NCBI GenBank assembly: GCA_021736255.1
Contig: JAIPGG010000002.1
Span: 8,154 to 72,153 of the forward strand
Direction of reading: 5' to 3'
DNA length: 64,000 nt
Origin: Spirochaetales bacterium
Lineage (GTDB): Bacteria > Spirochaetota > Spirochaetia > JAIPGG01
Shown here: in pieces, positions 1 to 9,277 of the stretch
How the letters are laid out: each line of letters begins with the position of its first letter
Position numbering within the stretch: the first letter of the stretch is position 1
Translations under genes and position numbers: made by a program
The notes under the pieces: model-generated
The model's input: the letters and a program-made list of their open reading frames with translations, nothing else
What the model was told of the DNA's origin: nothing
Database searches by the model: none

Positions 1-888
1 CCTAAAGGCGTGCTTTTTGCGTTTCAGAAGCTCGGCTGCGGCCTCAAGGGTATGAATGTCACCGTGTATAACGAAATTCCGACAGGAAAGGGATTTGCGG
101 CTTCGGCGGCCTTCGACATCGCCTCGGCCCTGGCGCTAAAAACCTTTTATAATTTCAAGCTGAGCAGGGTGCAGATCCTTGAGGCAGCCCGCCAGGCTGA
201 ACAGGGGTTTCTCGGAAGAAACCGAGGCATATTCGATCATATTATTTCTCTTTTTGCCAAACACGGACAGCTCATTCTGCTTGATACACGGAGTCTCGAG
301 TACCGCTACATATCTTTCCCGGCGAAATACGGGGCTTTTCTCATTACTGATTCCCGGGTCCCGCAGCAGTATGTCGAATCAGAATATGAACAACGCCGGA
401 AAGACAGCAAGCGATGCATAGAATCCTTGAACCATGGTAAAGAGGGGGATAGTCTCAGGGAATTTACCGTCCGGGATATCAATGAATCTCTCGGTTCGAT
501 TCCGGAACTGACCAGGCGGCGTTGTCTTCATGTTCTCAAGGAAAATCAGCGTGTGATGGATGCGGAAAATCTCATTCATAAACGAGATATCGAAGATTTC
601 GGCAGAGTGCTTACCCATTCCCATGACAGCCTGCGTGATCAGTACGAGGTTTCCTGTCCTGAGATCGATTGGCTGGTCAAGCGCTCGATAGAAATCCCGG
701 GAGTTTATGGTTCCCGCCTAACCGGTGCAGGTTTCGGCGGTTGTATGGTCTCACTCTTAGATGATGGAGCCATTGATAATTACAAGAGCCGGCTGGAGGA
801 GTATGAGCGGATATTCGGGTTCAAGCCCGAGATTTTCCGAGTTAAACCTTCGAGATCGGCACACATTTACACAGGGAAGAAATCATAA
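1..888 (+). CDS. galK: galactokinase (GHMP kinase), 5'-truncated by the window edge
   Basis: The frame is open from base 1. GHMP motif PTGKGFAASAAF, C-terminal RLTGAGFGGCMVSL and a GalK-like EYEQRRKD segment are present. Stop TAA at 886-888. Confidence 0.8.
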   Translation, partial: PKGVLFAFQKLGCGLKGMNVTVYNEIPTGKGFAASAAFDIASALALKTFYNFKLSRVQILEAARQAEQGFLGRNRGIFDHIISLFAKHGQLILLDTRSLEYRYISFPAKYGAFLITDSRVPQQYVESEYEQRRKDSKRCIESLNHGKEGDSLREFTVRDINESLGSIPELTRRRCLHVLKENQRVMDAENLIHKRDIEDFGRVLTHSHDSLRDQYEVSCPEIDWLVKRSIEIPGVYGSRLTGAGFGGCMVSLLDDGAIDNYKSRLEEYERIFGFKPEIFRVKPSRSAHIYTGKKS

Positions 889-889
889 T

Positions 890-1621
890 ATGAACATACT
901 CATTACAAATGATGATGGTCTCGGAAGCCCGGGACTGGAACGTCTTATAGAAGAATACCGAGATAAACACGACATCTGGGTCGTAGCTCCGGACGGAGAA
1001 CGGAGCGGAAGCTCCCATGCCATCACCCTCAAAGGGGCGGTCCGCTTCCAGCAATTCGAAGAACGGATTTTTTCCTGCAGCGGAACACCGGTGGACTGCG
1101 TGCTCATGTCGGTTTTGGGTGCTGTCCCCGAGAAGCCTGATCTCGTTCTTTCCGGCATCAATCTGGGACCGAACATTGGAACCGATATTTTGTATTCAGG
1201 CACCGCAGCAGCCGCCAGGCAGGCGGCCCTCATGGATATACCCGGTGTGGCGCTTTCTCTGAATGCCTTCCAACCTCCGTATTATTTTGAATCCGTGATT
1301 GATTTTCTCTCGGAGAGGCTCGAGAATATGGTGAACAACTGGTCGGGTGATCACTTTCTGAATGTTAATGCACCGAATATAAACACCAGCCGACTCGAAG
1401 CGGAAATTACCCGGCCGGCCAGGCGTATATACCGGGATTCCCTCGACAGTTTTCTCGCCCCGGACGGCAGTACCTATTACTTTCTCAAGGGCGGAACAAT
1501 AGAACACAAAGAGAAGGACGGCTCCGATTGGTCTGCTATCGAGCGGGGGATGATGTCGGTTACGCCGGTGTATCTCCATCCTCTCGATCATCAGCAAGAG
1601 GGCCTGACGGATGTACTCTAA
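890..1621 (+). CDS. surE: 5'/3'-nucleotidase SurE
   Basis: The SurE N-terminus MNILITNDDGLGSPG starts at ATG 890, 1 nt after the galK stop. The longer track ORF from 761 overlaps galK and is rejected. Confidence 0.9.
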   Translation: MNILITNDDGLGSPGLERLIEEYRDKHDIWVVAPDGERSGSSHAITLKGAVRFQQFEERIFSCSGTPVDCVLMSVLGAVPEKPDLVLSGINLGPNIGTDILYSGTAAAARQAALMDIPGVALSLNAFQPPYYFESVIDFLSERLENMVNNWSGDHFLNVNAPNINTSRLEAEITRPARRIYRDSLDSFLAPDGSTYYFLKGGTIEHKEKDGSDWSAIERGMMSVTPVYLHPLDHQQEGLTDVL

Positions 1622-2286
1622 TGGAAGACGGGATACTACTCTATAACCAGGGAAGCTATGAACAGGCACTCGATTTTTTCCTGTCGGCGGAAGTGGGCTC
1701 GGAAGATTATCCGCTTCTTGCCTATTATCTCGGATTAACCTATACCCAGCTCGAACGGTTCGACGAGGCAATGCTCTATCTTGAGCAGGTCGTTACCTCC
1801 CCGGAATCAGGTATCGTACAGGTCTACCAGGCCCGGATGATCCTGGCCTACATCTATTCGATCACCGAACGGTTCGACCTTGCTGTTTACGAGCTTAGTG
1901 AATTGGAACGCGGGGGCTCTGAATCGGTGCAGCTCTATGCTTTGCTCGGCTATGCCTATTTTCACGAGGGAAAGGTTGATGAAAGTATAGAGGTTCTAAA
2001 TCGGGCATTGGAACTTGAACCGGCAAATCCGAATGCCCTCAATTCCCTCGGTTATATCCTTGCCGTGACCGGAAAAGACAAGGTGAGCGGACTCGCCTAC
2101 TGCCGGAGGGCGGTTGATATTGATCCGGAAAATCCTGCGTATCTCGATTCTCTCGGTTGGGCATATTTCAAGAACCGGCGTTTTTCGGAAGCCGCTTCGT
2201 ATCTCAAGGCTGCTGCCGCCAAGTCCCCGGACAGTAAGGTCATCGCGTCCCATCTCAGACAGCTCGAGGACCTGAGCGGTAAATAG
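1621..2286 (+). CDS. TPR-repeat protein
   Basis: ATG 1621 overlaps the surE stop (TAATG). Repeated 34-aa TPR-like units are present (YNQGSYEQALDFF, ALLGYAYFHEGKVDESIEVLNRALELEPANPNALNSLGY, DSLGWAYFKNRRFSEA). Confidence 0.75.
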   Translation: MEDGILLYNQGSYEQALDFFLSAEVGSEDYPLLAYYLGLTYTQLERFDEAMLYLEQVVTSPESGIVQVYQARMILAYIYSITERFDLAVYELSELERGGSESVQLYALLGYAYFHEGKVDESIEVLNRALELEPANPNALNSLGYILAVTGKDKVSGLAYCRRAVDIDPENPAYLDSLGWAYFKNRRFSEAASYLKAAAAKSPDSKVIASHLRQLEDLSGK

Positions 2287-2545
2287 GCCGCTTAGATCCG
2301 GCAAAATGCTAAACTCAACCCCCCGCTGATCCGATAGTGAAAGCAGGAGTAGCATATGCGGGTTGAACAAAGTGTCATGCCGCCTATACAGAATATGGGA
2401 CATCGGGAAGCACCCCGATTCACCCTGATTGAAGCTCGGGACATGAAAGCTCTACTGTATGTTGGGATACGAGGAGAAATCAGTCTGCCTGTTGAAAAAC
2501 ATACGGTAGATACCTTCGCCTGAAGGTAGTATACTGTCCCACAAG

Positions 2546-4648
2546 GTGAAGCGGTCGAGACCAATCAAACGAATCGGTATCATCATATCTGTTCTATTCG
2601 CAGGCCTTATTCTCGGCGGTTCTGCGCTTTCCGCACAATCGGTGGATATGGATCGCCTGGAATCCTTCGAGGATTTCGAATGGGGTGTCCGTTCTTTTCA
2701 TCGCGGATACTACAATGAAGCCATACTTTCCTTCGAACGTGCTCTCAGTAAAAAACCGGAAAACACAATCGCCCGTTCCTGGCTCGGACGCAGCTATTAT
2801 CGGGCCGGCTTCGAGGCGGAAGCCGTCTCCCAGTGGCAATACCTCGTAAGAGAGGGGACCGCCTCTTCGCTGGTGAACAGCAGACTCGAAGAACTCCAGT
2901 CGGAACGCGGACCACAGCAGGTCAGCAGCCGCAGAGAGGATTTTGTCCAGGTGCAAACGATCGAAGCAATGAGCGGTGAATACCGCCGGTTTCATAAGCC
3001 GACTTCCATACGCTCTCTTCCGAATGCAGATTTTCTTGTAACAGCCTTTGGTTCGAACGAAATCGTGGAAATGGATATGAACGGGAGCATTGTCAATCGC
3101 TACCGTGGAGGCTTGGAGGGTTTCGATCATCCCTTTGATGTAGCGGTTTTGGACGATGGGAGCTTCTTTGTCAGTGAATATGAGGGGAACAGAATAGCTC
3201 GCTGCAACAGCCGCGGATTCAAGGAGTTAACCTTCGGAAAGGCAGGTCCGGAAGGCAAGGAGCGAGATGGTCTTTTGGGGCCGCAGTATCTTGAACTGCT
3301 GCCGGACGGCCGACTGCTTGTCAGTGACTGGGGAAACCGGCGGGTCTGTGTCTTCGATCATGAAGGGAAAAGGCTTTATTGTTTCGGAGGACGGAGTCCT
3401 CGTTTCGAGGGCCTGCGGGGTCCGAGCGGCATCTATTATGAAAACGGAATGGTTTTCGTGGGAGATCGAAAACGGGGTTATATAGCAGTCTTTGACGAGG
3501 CGGGGAATTATCTGAAAACCCTCGGTGCCGGCCGGCTCAAGGGGCCGGAGGGAATCAGTTCTTTTGCCCCGGGGAAGCTCCTGGTTGCCGACACCGACCG
3601 GCTGGTTGTGCTGGATATCGAGCAGGATGCCGTTGATACGGATGCGTTTGCCGCCGAGGGGCGACAGCTTCTCTTTGCCGAACCGGATTCCAATGGGAAT
3701 GTTCTTCTTGCCGATTTCGATAGTGATCAGATCCACGTATACAGTGACCTGTCCAGTTTGTACGGGGGGCTCTCGGTGGACCTGGTTTCCGTAAATTCCG
3801 CAAATTTTCCCCGGGTACAGCTTCTCGTCGATGTAAGGCGCCGCAGCGGCGAACCGTTGATCGGATTGAAAAAGGGTAATTTCCGATTGTCGGAATATTA
3901 TGGAGAAATCGACCGGGAACAGTACCGCTTTGTGTCTTCCTCCCTCACAGATGCGGCGGATGTTGATTTTTCTTATGCTGGGAACCAACTGAATGCTGCC
4001 GGTATGGTTATTGCCGTTCAGTCGGGGCTTGCTGATTCAAAACTCCGCCAGGCTGCCGAGGATCTGTCGTCTGTTCTCCCCGAAGCCCTGCCCACCGATG
4101 TTGTAACTGCGGGAGCAAAGCCGTCGCTCACAGGGGAGGCCCCTCTATCTAAAACCGGGCTGATAGGCGCAATACGGGAACAGTCACAGAGTGCCCGGAC
4201 AGAGAGTGATTGGAGCCTTGATCTCGGACTCCGATTTTCCGCCGACCGACTTATTACCAGAAACGGTAAACGGGCGGTAGTATTTTTAACCAACGGCAGA
4301 ATCGACGCTTCCAACTATACCACCTATCAGCTCACCGAATTGGCTTCATATCTCGAGAATAACGGGATTCGGTTCTATGTCGTCTATCTTGACAACGGTG
4401 CAGCAAACGAAGACCTCCGCTATCTGTCGGAGAAGACCGGAGGGATGGAGATCGATCTCTATCGAGCCGAAGGCCTGCGGCCGCTGGTGGAGCATTTTCA
4501 AACAGCCGGCAATGGACGGTATATGCTCAGTTACCGCAGTTACGCCAATCCCGCATTCGGCAAGGCCTATATTCCTCTTCGACTCGAGGTCTACTATATG
4601 AAGCGCAGCGGAAGGGACGAAATCGGTTTTTTTCCTCCGGTGGAATAA
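2546..4648 (+). CDS. exported multidomain protein: signal peptide + TPR + NHL-type beta-propeller repeats + vWA-like C-terminal domain
   Basis: GTG start. Hydrophobic N-terminus IGIIISVLFAGLILGGSALSAQS. TPR segment (YYNEAILSFERALSKKPEN). Four or more NHL-like blades (HPFDVAVLDDGSFFVSEYEGNRIARC; GPQYLELLPDGRLLVSDWGNRRVCVFD; GPSGIYYENGMVFVGDRKRGYIAVFD; GPEGISSFAPGKLLVAD). vWA-like segment AVVFLTNGRID...IRFYVVYL. Confidence 0.8.
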   Translation: MKRSRPIKRIGIIISVLFAGLILGGSALSAQSVDMDRLESFEDFEWGVRSFHRGYYNEAILSFERALSKKPENTIARSWLGRSYYRAGFEAEAVSQWQYLVREGTASSLVNSRLEELQSERGPQQVSSRREDFVQVQTIEAMSGEYRRFHKPTSIRSLPNADFLVTAFGSNEIVEMDMNGSIVNRYRGGLEGFDHPFDVAVLDDGSFFVSEYEGNRIARCNSRGFKELTFGKAGPEGKERDGLLGPQYLELLPDGRLLVSDWGNRRVCVFDHEGKRLYCFGGRSPRFEGLRGPSGIYYENGMVFVGDRKRGYIAVFDEAGNYLKTLGAGRLKGPEGISSFAPGKLLVADTDRLVVLDIEQDAVDTDAFAAEGRQLLFAEPDSNGNVLLADFDSDQIHVYSDLSSLYGGLSVDLVSVNSANFPRVQLLVDVRRRSGEPLIGLKKGNFRLSEYYGEIDREQYRFVSSSLTDAADVDFSYAGNQLNAAGMVIAVQSGLADSKLRQAAEDLSSVLPEALPTDVVTAGAKPSLTGEAPLSKTGLIGAIREQSQSARTESDWSLDLGLRFSADRLITRNGKRAVVFLTNGRIDASNYTTYQLTELASYLENNGIRFYVVYLDNGAANEDLRYLSEKTGGMEIDLYRAEGLRPLVEHFQTAGNGRYMLSYRSYANPAFGKAYIPLRLEVYYMKRSGRDEIGFFPPVE

Positions 4649-4687
4649 TCAACTCGCAACAAATAGGCTTGAAAGCGGGAGTGAATA

Positions 4688-5065
4688 ATGAACGGTCGGA
4701 AATGGGAGTCTCTGTGCAAGCGGTGTGGTCTGTGTTGTTACGAAAAGGACCGGACTCCAGACGGCAGATTTATCATTCGGCTGGATAAGCCCTGTTTCTG
4801 GCTGGACCAGGAAAAAAGGACCTGTACCGTCTATACCGAACGTTTTCGCACCTACGAGAACTGCAAAAAAATGACGATATTCCATGCCCTCTTTGCAGGA
4901 TATCTCCCCTCAACGTGCGGATATGTAGAACACTTCCGTCCCTTCAGATTGAGGAAGCAGCCGGTGTATTACCCCTTTGTCTCTCCCGTTTTCACAGGGA
5001 CTGAGTTTCAACGGAGCGAGCCCACAGAAACCAGTGTCCAATTTCCCTGTATGGAAGAAAAATAA
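4688..5065 (+). CDS. YkgJ-family (UPF0153) cysteine-cluster protein
   Basis: CKRCGLCCY...KPCFWLDQEKRTCTVY cysteine pattern typical of the YkgJ/Fe-S-or-zinc cluster family. Confidence 0.75.
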   Translation: MNGRKWESLCKRCGLCCYEKDRTPDGRFIIRLDKPCFWLDQEKRTCTVYTERFRTYENCKKMTIFHALFAGYLPSTCGYVEHFRPFRLRKQPVYYPFVSPVFTGTEFQRSEPTETSVQFPCMEEK

Positions 5066-5715
5066 AAGGTATGGGCCTGGGCTTCGTATTCAGGAAGGAG
5101 ACTGCTGAATTCTTCCGGTCGTTCCCCGGTCAGCGGGACAGTAACAAGCCAGTTCGATTCATCGATCTGTTCTGCTTGCATTTCTCTGATACGGTATACC
5201 CGTTGGGGAGGCACCCTGTCGAGCTTTTGGTTTTCGAAAAGATTCGACAAGATTTGCGAAAGTTCTCTTGCGGTATAGCTTTTGCCTGTATCGGAAACAA
5301 ATAGGTTTTCTCCGACAATGTTCAGGACACTTTCTATGTCCTCCCGAAAGACTGCCCGAATGACACTGGAACAGCGATACTTCACAATTGAAGGTTTTGG
5401 AGCTGTTTCCGGTTCCACCCGGATGGGGCTGGTATCAACTCCGCCCTCTTTTTGAGGTTCCGGTTTGTGTTGAGGCTCGGTAACTTGAGAATAGATAATC
5501 TTTGCCTGTCTGATGTACGAGTTGCCTTTTGCTTCTTTTCCTACGGAGATATATTGCTTGCCGACCAGATAGTAAGCCTCTGCTAAATCCCGTCTCCTGA
5601 TGAATTCGATCTCGTCAGTCAGATCGGCTGTACTTGCCGGAACAGCCGGCAAAAAGAGTATCGGTATCAGAAAAAGCAGAAAAAACCGGACATTCAGTTT
5701 TGTATATCCTCGCAT
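5008..5715 (-). CDS. hypothetical secreted protein
   Basis: Signal-peptide-like N-terminus FFLLFLIPILFLPAVPAS. No recognised catalytic motif. The 3' end overlaps the convergent ykgJ-like gene by 58 nt. Confidence 0.6.
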   Translation of the reverse strand: MRGYTKLNVRFFLLFLIPILFLPAVPASTADLTDEIEFIRRRDLAEAYYLVGKQYISVGKEAKGNSYIRQAKIIYSQVTEPQHKPEPQKEGGVDTSPIRVEPETAPKPSIVKYRCSSVIRAVFREDIESVLNIVGENLFVSDTGKSYTARELSQILSNLFENQKLDRVPPQRVYRIREMQAEQIDESNWLVTVPLTGERPEEFSSLLPEYEAQAHTFYFSSIQGNWTLVSVGSLR

Positions 5716-5866
5716 AGACTTTCCTCCATTTACTAAAAGTATACGGCAGAGATCGGCTGATGGAAAGTGTTGTAAGCCTTTTTCTTTTTCCTTCAGTGAA
5801 TTATATTATTCTAGGAACGGAATGAGATAATCAAACCATTGGAAATTTGCCGCAAGGAGCCATTTC

Positions 5867-6187
5867 ATGCCCTCTATGGATGATTGGGAATCCCCGGATG
5901 GAGAGGTGCTCAGTGAAGATGAGCAAAAAGTCGACGAGCCGGGGATGTATAAAGTTGTTCTCCACAATGATGACTACACAACCATGGATTTTGTGGTGGA
6001 GATCCTGACGAGTATTTTTAAAAAAAGCTTTGAAGAAGCTACAGAGATCATGTTTAATGTTCACACAAATGGGAAAGGGGTAGCTGGTGTTTATACCTAT
6101 GATATAGCCGCTACGAAGGCCCGCCAGGTCAGAGGCAAGGCCAGACAGAGCGATTTTCCGTTGAAATGCAGTCTCGAGGAGGCATAG
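5867..6187 (+). CDS. clpS: ATP-dependent Clp protease adaptor ClpS
   Basis: ClpS core YKVVLHNDDYTTMDFVVEIL...FNVHTNGKGVAG. AAGGAG Shine-Dalgarno sequence about 8 nt upstream. Confidence 0.9.
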   Translation: MPSMDDWESPDGEVLSEDEQKVDEPGMYKVVLHNDDYTTMDFVVEILTSIFKKSFEEATEIMFNVHTNGKGVAGVYTYDIAATKARQVRGKARQSDFPLKCSLEEA

Positions 6188-8539
6188 GTGTACGTTCAGG
6201 TCGATAAAGAACTCCAGGAAATTCTTCAATCAGCATATCAAAATGCGCGCGAGCGGAAACACGAGTATCTTACCCCGGAACATGTGTTGTTCTCGGCTAT
6301 GGATTTCGAGGGACCACGAGGGATTCTTTTTTCCTGTAGCGTTGATCCGGAAATGGTCCGGAGTGAATTGGAAGGGTTTTTTAAAGACAAACTCCCTGTT
6401 GATTCCAATGCAGAACCCGATGAAACGATCGGCTTGCAGGATGTTATTCAGCGTGCAATGGAGCATGTAGATTCTGCCCAGAAAAAAGCCGTGGATTTCG
6501 GTGATGTGCTGGTTTCGATCTTTAATCAGCCGCAAAGCTACGCGGCGTATGTTTTGAAGAAAAACGGTCTCAAGCGGCTGGAACTCCTCGAGGTTCTATC
6601 TCACGGTACGGAAGATCCCGCACAGCAGTTGTTTGGAGAGGATGAAACCGTCTCCGAACAGCCTGCCCGGACGGGGGAACCGGGTGAATCCGAACAGACC
6701 TCCGAGGGGGGGCGGCAGCGGAAGAAGACAATCCTCGAGCAATTTACCCGGAACCTCACCGAAGCAGCCGGAGAAGGCTGGCTCGAACCGTTTATAGGGC
6801 GGGATGAACTGATCGAGCGGACGGTTCAGGTCCTTTGCAGAAAACTCAAGAACAATCCTGTCCTAGTGGGGGATCCGGGTGTGGGGAAAACCGCAGTAGC
6901 AGAGGGTCTGGCACGAAGACTGGTGGATCATCAGGTGCCGAAGATCCTCCGGGGTTTTCAGCTCTATGCCCTCGATATGGGGGCAATTGTTGCCGGGACC
7001 CGTTATCGCGGGGATTTCGAGCAGCGGATGAAGGCGGTTATAGCCGAGTTGGAACAGAAAGAATCGGTTATCCTCTTTATTGATGAGATACACACGATTG
7101 TAGGTGCCGGCTCTGTATCCGGAAGTGCTATGGATGCATCGAACCTTTTGAAACCGGCTCTTGCCGCTGGAAGCATCCGGGTGATGGGATCTACCACCTA
7201 TGACGAGTACCGAAAGATTTTCGAAAAGGATCATGCCCTGTCCCGGCGCTTCCAGAAGGTGGAGGTGCCCGAAACGAACCGGGAGCAGACGCTGCAAATA
7301 CTGCAGGGACTTCGCCGCGGATATGAAGAACACCATCGGGTGCGCTACACCGATGAGGCCCTAGAAGAGGCTGTCACTCTCTCTTCACGCCATATCAGGG
7401 ATCGTTCCCTCCCGGATAAGGCGATTGACGTGATCGACGAAGCTGGAGCCTACGTCCATATTCGGCAGATGCGGAAAGCCGTGAGCGGGGAGGAGGAGCT
7501 TTCTGCAGACCAAGCGCCTGCGGAGGAACCGGTCACAATCGGTGTGGAGGATATCGAGACGGTAATTGCTTCCATTGCCGGAGTGCCCCGACGCAGCGTC
7601 AAGGGAACCGAGGCCCAGAGGCTCAAAGGGCTGGACGAGAGGATGAAAAAGCAGGTTTTCGGACAGGATCCGGCGGTCGATGCTGTGGTCTCTGCAGTCA
7701 AGCGGTCCCGGGCCGGGTTTCGGGAAGAGGGCAAACCGGTGGCCTCCTTTCTCTTTGTCGGTCCCACTGGTGTGGGGAAGACCGAACTTGCCCGCAGCCT
7801 TTCAAGTGAACTCGGAATTCCTCTTCACCGCTTCGATATGAGCGAATACCAGGAAAAGCATTCGGTGGCCCGGCTAATCGGGGCTCCTCCCGGGTATGTC
7901 GGATACGAGGAGGGCGGACTCTTGACCGAGGCCATGCGGAAAACCCCGCATGCCGTGTTGCTCCTCGACGAGGTCGAGAAGGCCCACCAGGATCTGTTCA
8001 ATGTATTGCTTCAGATTATGGATTACGCCACCCTAACCGATAACAACGGGCGCAAGGCGGATTTCTCCAATGCCGTTATTATTATGACTTCGAATGCAGG
8101 AGCCAGAGAGATAGGAAAGACCCAGATTGGTTTTGGTGAACGGGTTATCGACCGCGAGGCGATCGATGATGCGGTAGAGAGAATATTTTCTCCGGAATTC
8201 CGAAACCGGCTCGACCGGGTTGTTACCTTCGGACATCTCGACCGGGCAATTGTGTTGCAGATCGTGGAGAAGGAGATCCGGCTCTTTGCTGAAATGCTCG
8301 CCGAGAAGGGGGTAACCCTCGAAGTATCCGATGCCCTCAAGCAGTGGATCGCGGATAAGGGATACTCACGGGAATTCGGGGCAAGGAATATCGCCAGGAC
8401 CGTACAGGAACACATCAAAGAGTACTTTGTCGATCAGGTATTGTTCGGTTCTCTCAGAAACGGAGGGCGGGTTTATGTCGATGTCCAAAACGACGAGGTA
8501 ACCTTTCGGGAGAACGGAAGCAGCAACCGGCAGCAATGA
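6188..8539 (+). CDS. clpA: ATP-dependent Clp protease ATP-binding subunit ClpA
   Basis: GTG start directly after the clpS stop. Two AAA+ modules with Walker A motifs GDPGVGKTA and GPTGVGKTE. Clp N-domain (LTPEHVLFS). Confidence 0.93.
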   Translation: MYVQVDKELQEILQSAYQNARERKHEYLTPEHVLFSAMDFEGPRGILFSCSVDPEMVRSELEGFFKDKLPVDSNAEPDETIGLQDVIQRAMEHVDSAQKKAVDFGDVLVSIFNQPQSYAAYVLKKNGLKRLELLEVLSHGTEDPAQQLFGEDETVSEQPARTGEPGESEQTSEGGRQRKKTILEQFTRNLTEAAGEGWLEPFIGRDELIERTVQVLCRKLKNNPVLVGDPGVGKTAVAEGLARRLVDHQVPKILRGFQLYALDMGAIVAGTRYRGDFEQRMKAVIAELEQKESVILFIDEIHTIVGAGSVSGSAMDASNLLKPALAAGSIRVMGSTTYDEYRKIFEKDHALSRRFQKVEVPETNREQTLQILQGLRRGYEEHHRVRYTDEALEEAVTLSSRHIRDRSLPDKAIDVIDEAGAYVHIRQMRKAVSGEEELSADQAPAEEPVTIGVEDIETVIASIAGVPRRSVKGTEAQRLKGLDERMKKQVFGQDPAVDAVVSAVKRSRAGFREEGKPVASFLFVGPTGVGKTELARSLSSELGIPLHRFDMSEYQEKHSVARLIGAPPGYVGYEEGGLLTEAMRKTPHAVLLLDEVEKAHQDLFNVLLQIMDYATLTDNNGRKADFSNAVIIMTSNAGAREIGKTQIGFGERVIDREAIDDAVERIFSPEFRNRLDRVVTFGHLDRAIVLQIVEKEIRLFAEMLAEKGVTLEVSDALKQWIADKGYSREFGARNIARTVQEHIKEYFVDQVLFGSLRNGGRVYVDVQNDEVTFRENGSSNRQQ

Positions 8540-9276
8540 CTGACTTGGATCCGAGAGACCGGAAACTAATCCGAAACAGACCGCCGGGGACCGTGCTTTT
8601 GCAAACATCACCATTCGGAATTATCGTGGGCGGGGGAGATCTCGAACCCGAAACCCTCCTTCGTGCCTATCGGTATGGGTTTTTTCCCTGGTACGACCAG
8701 CCTCCGATTCTTTGGCACCACCCGAATGAACGTTTTATCCTCCCGCCCTCCCAGCTCCATGTTCCCAAACGGATCAGACGAAATCTGCGTAAGCAGCCTT
8801 TCCGATTAACTATGGATCAGGATTTTCCGGCTGTTATATCGGCGTGCAGCTCTATTCCCCGGGAAGATCAGAACGGGACATGGATTACTTCTGAGATGCA
8901 GGATGCCTATACCAGGCTGCATCGTCTCGGCTATGCTCATTCGGTGGAGGCCTGGGACGATGAGGGGCTGGCCGGCGGGTTATACGGGGTTTCGCTGGGA
9001 AGATGTTTTTTCGGGGAGTCGATGTTTACCTATCGCAGCGATGCCTCGAAGGCTGCCTTTGCACATTTTGCAAGTTATCTCGATCTTCGTGGCTTTGTTT
9101 GTATCGATGCTCAGGTCTATACCGAACATCTTGCCCGTTTCGGTGCCTACGAGATACCTCGGCTGGAATACCTGGACATCCTACGGCAGGGCTGTCGTGC
9201 TCGGACATGGCGAGGCCGGTGGTCCGAGATTTTTTCCGATTTTCCCGGCGCCGTTCAAGACCTTTATTTGGAGTAA
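8536..9276 (+). CDS. aat: leucyl/phenylalanyl-tRNA--protein transferase
   Basis: ATGA overlap with the clpA stop. Motifs YRYGFFPW and GGLYGVSLGRCFFGESMF. Confidence 0.9.
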   Translation: MTDLDPRDRKLIRNRPPGTVLLQTSPFGIIVGGGDLEPETLLRAYRYGFFPWYDQPPILWHHPNERFILPPSQLHVPKRIRRNLRKQPFRLTMDQDFPAVISACSSIPREDQNGTWITSEMQDAYTRLHRLGYAHSVEAWDDEGLAGGLYGVSLGRCFFGESMFTYRSDASKAAFAHFASYLDLRGFVCIDAQVYTEHLARFGAYEIPRLEYLDILRQGCRARTWRGRWSEIFSDFPGAVQDLYLE

Positions 9277-9277
9277 G

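Noticed and set aside
761-889. Upstream-extended starts offered by the ORF track: surE at 761, TPR at 1528, alaA at 12965, permease at 19518, udk-fusion at 11074, degT at 42066, FAD subunit at 38393, ccdA at 54393, PilZ at 55723
   Set aside because: Each extension overlaps the preceding gene substantially. Each also adds residues with no homology pattern. Internal starts give canonical N-termini and tight coupling (TAATG/ATGA) with the neighbouring gene.
2292-2564. 90-aa minus-strand ORF filling the 2287-2545 intergenic region
   Set aside because: It has no Shine-Dalgarno sequence, an odd composition and no motif, and it overlaps the start of the downstream gene. The region is treated as non-coding, possibly structured RNA.
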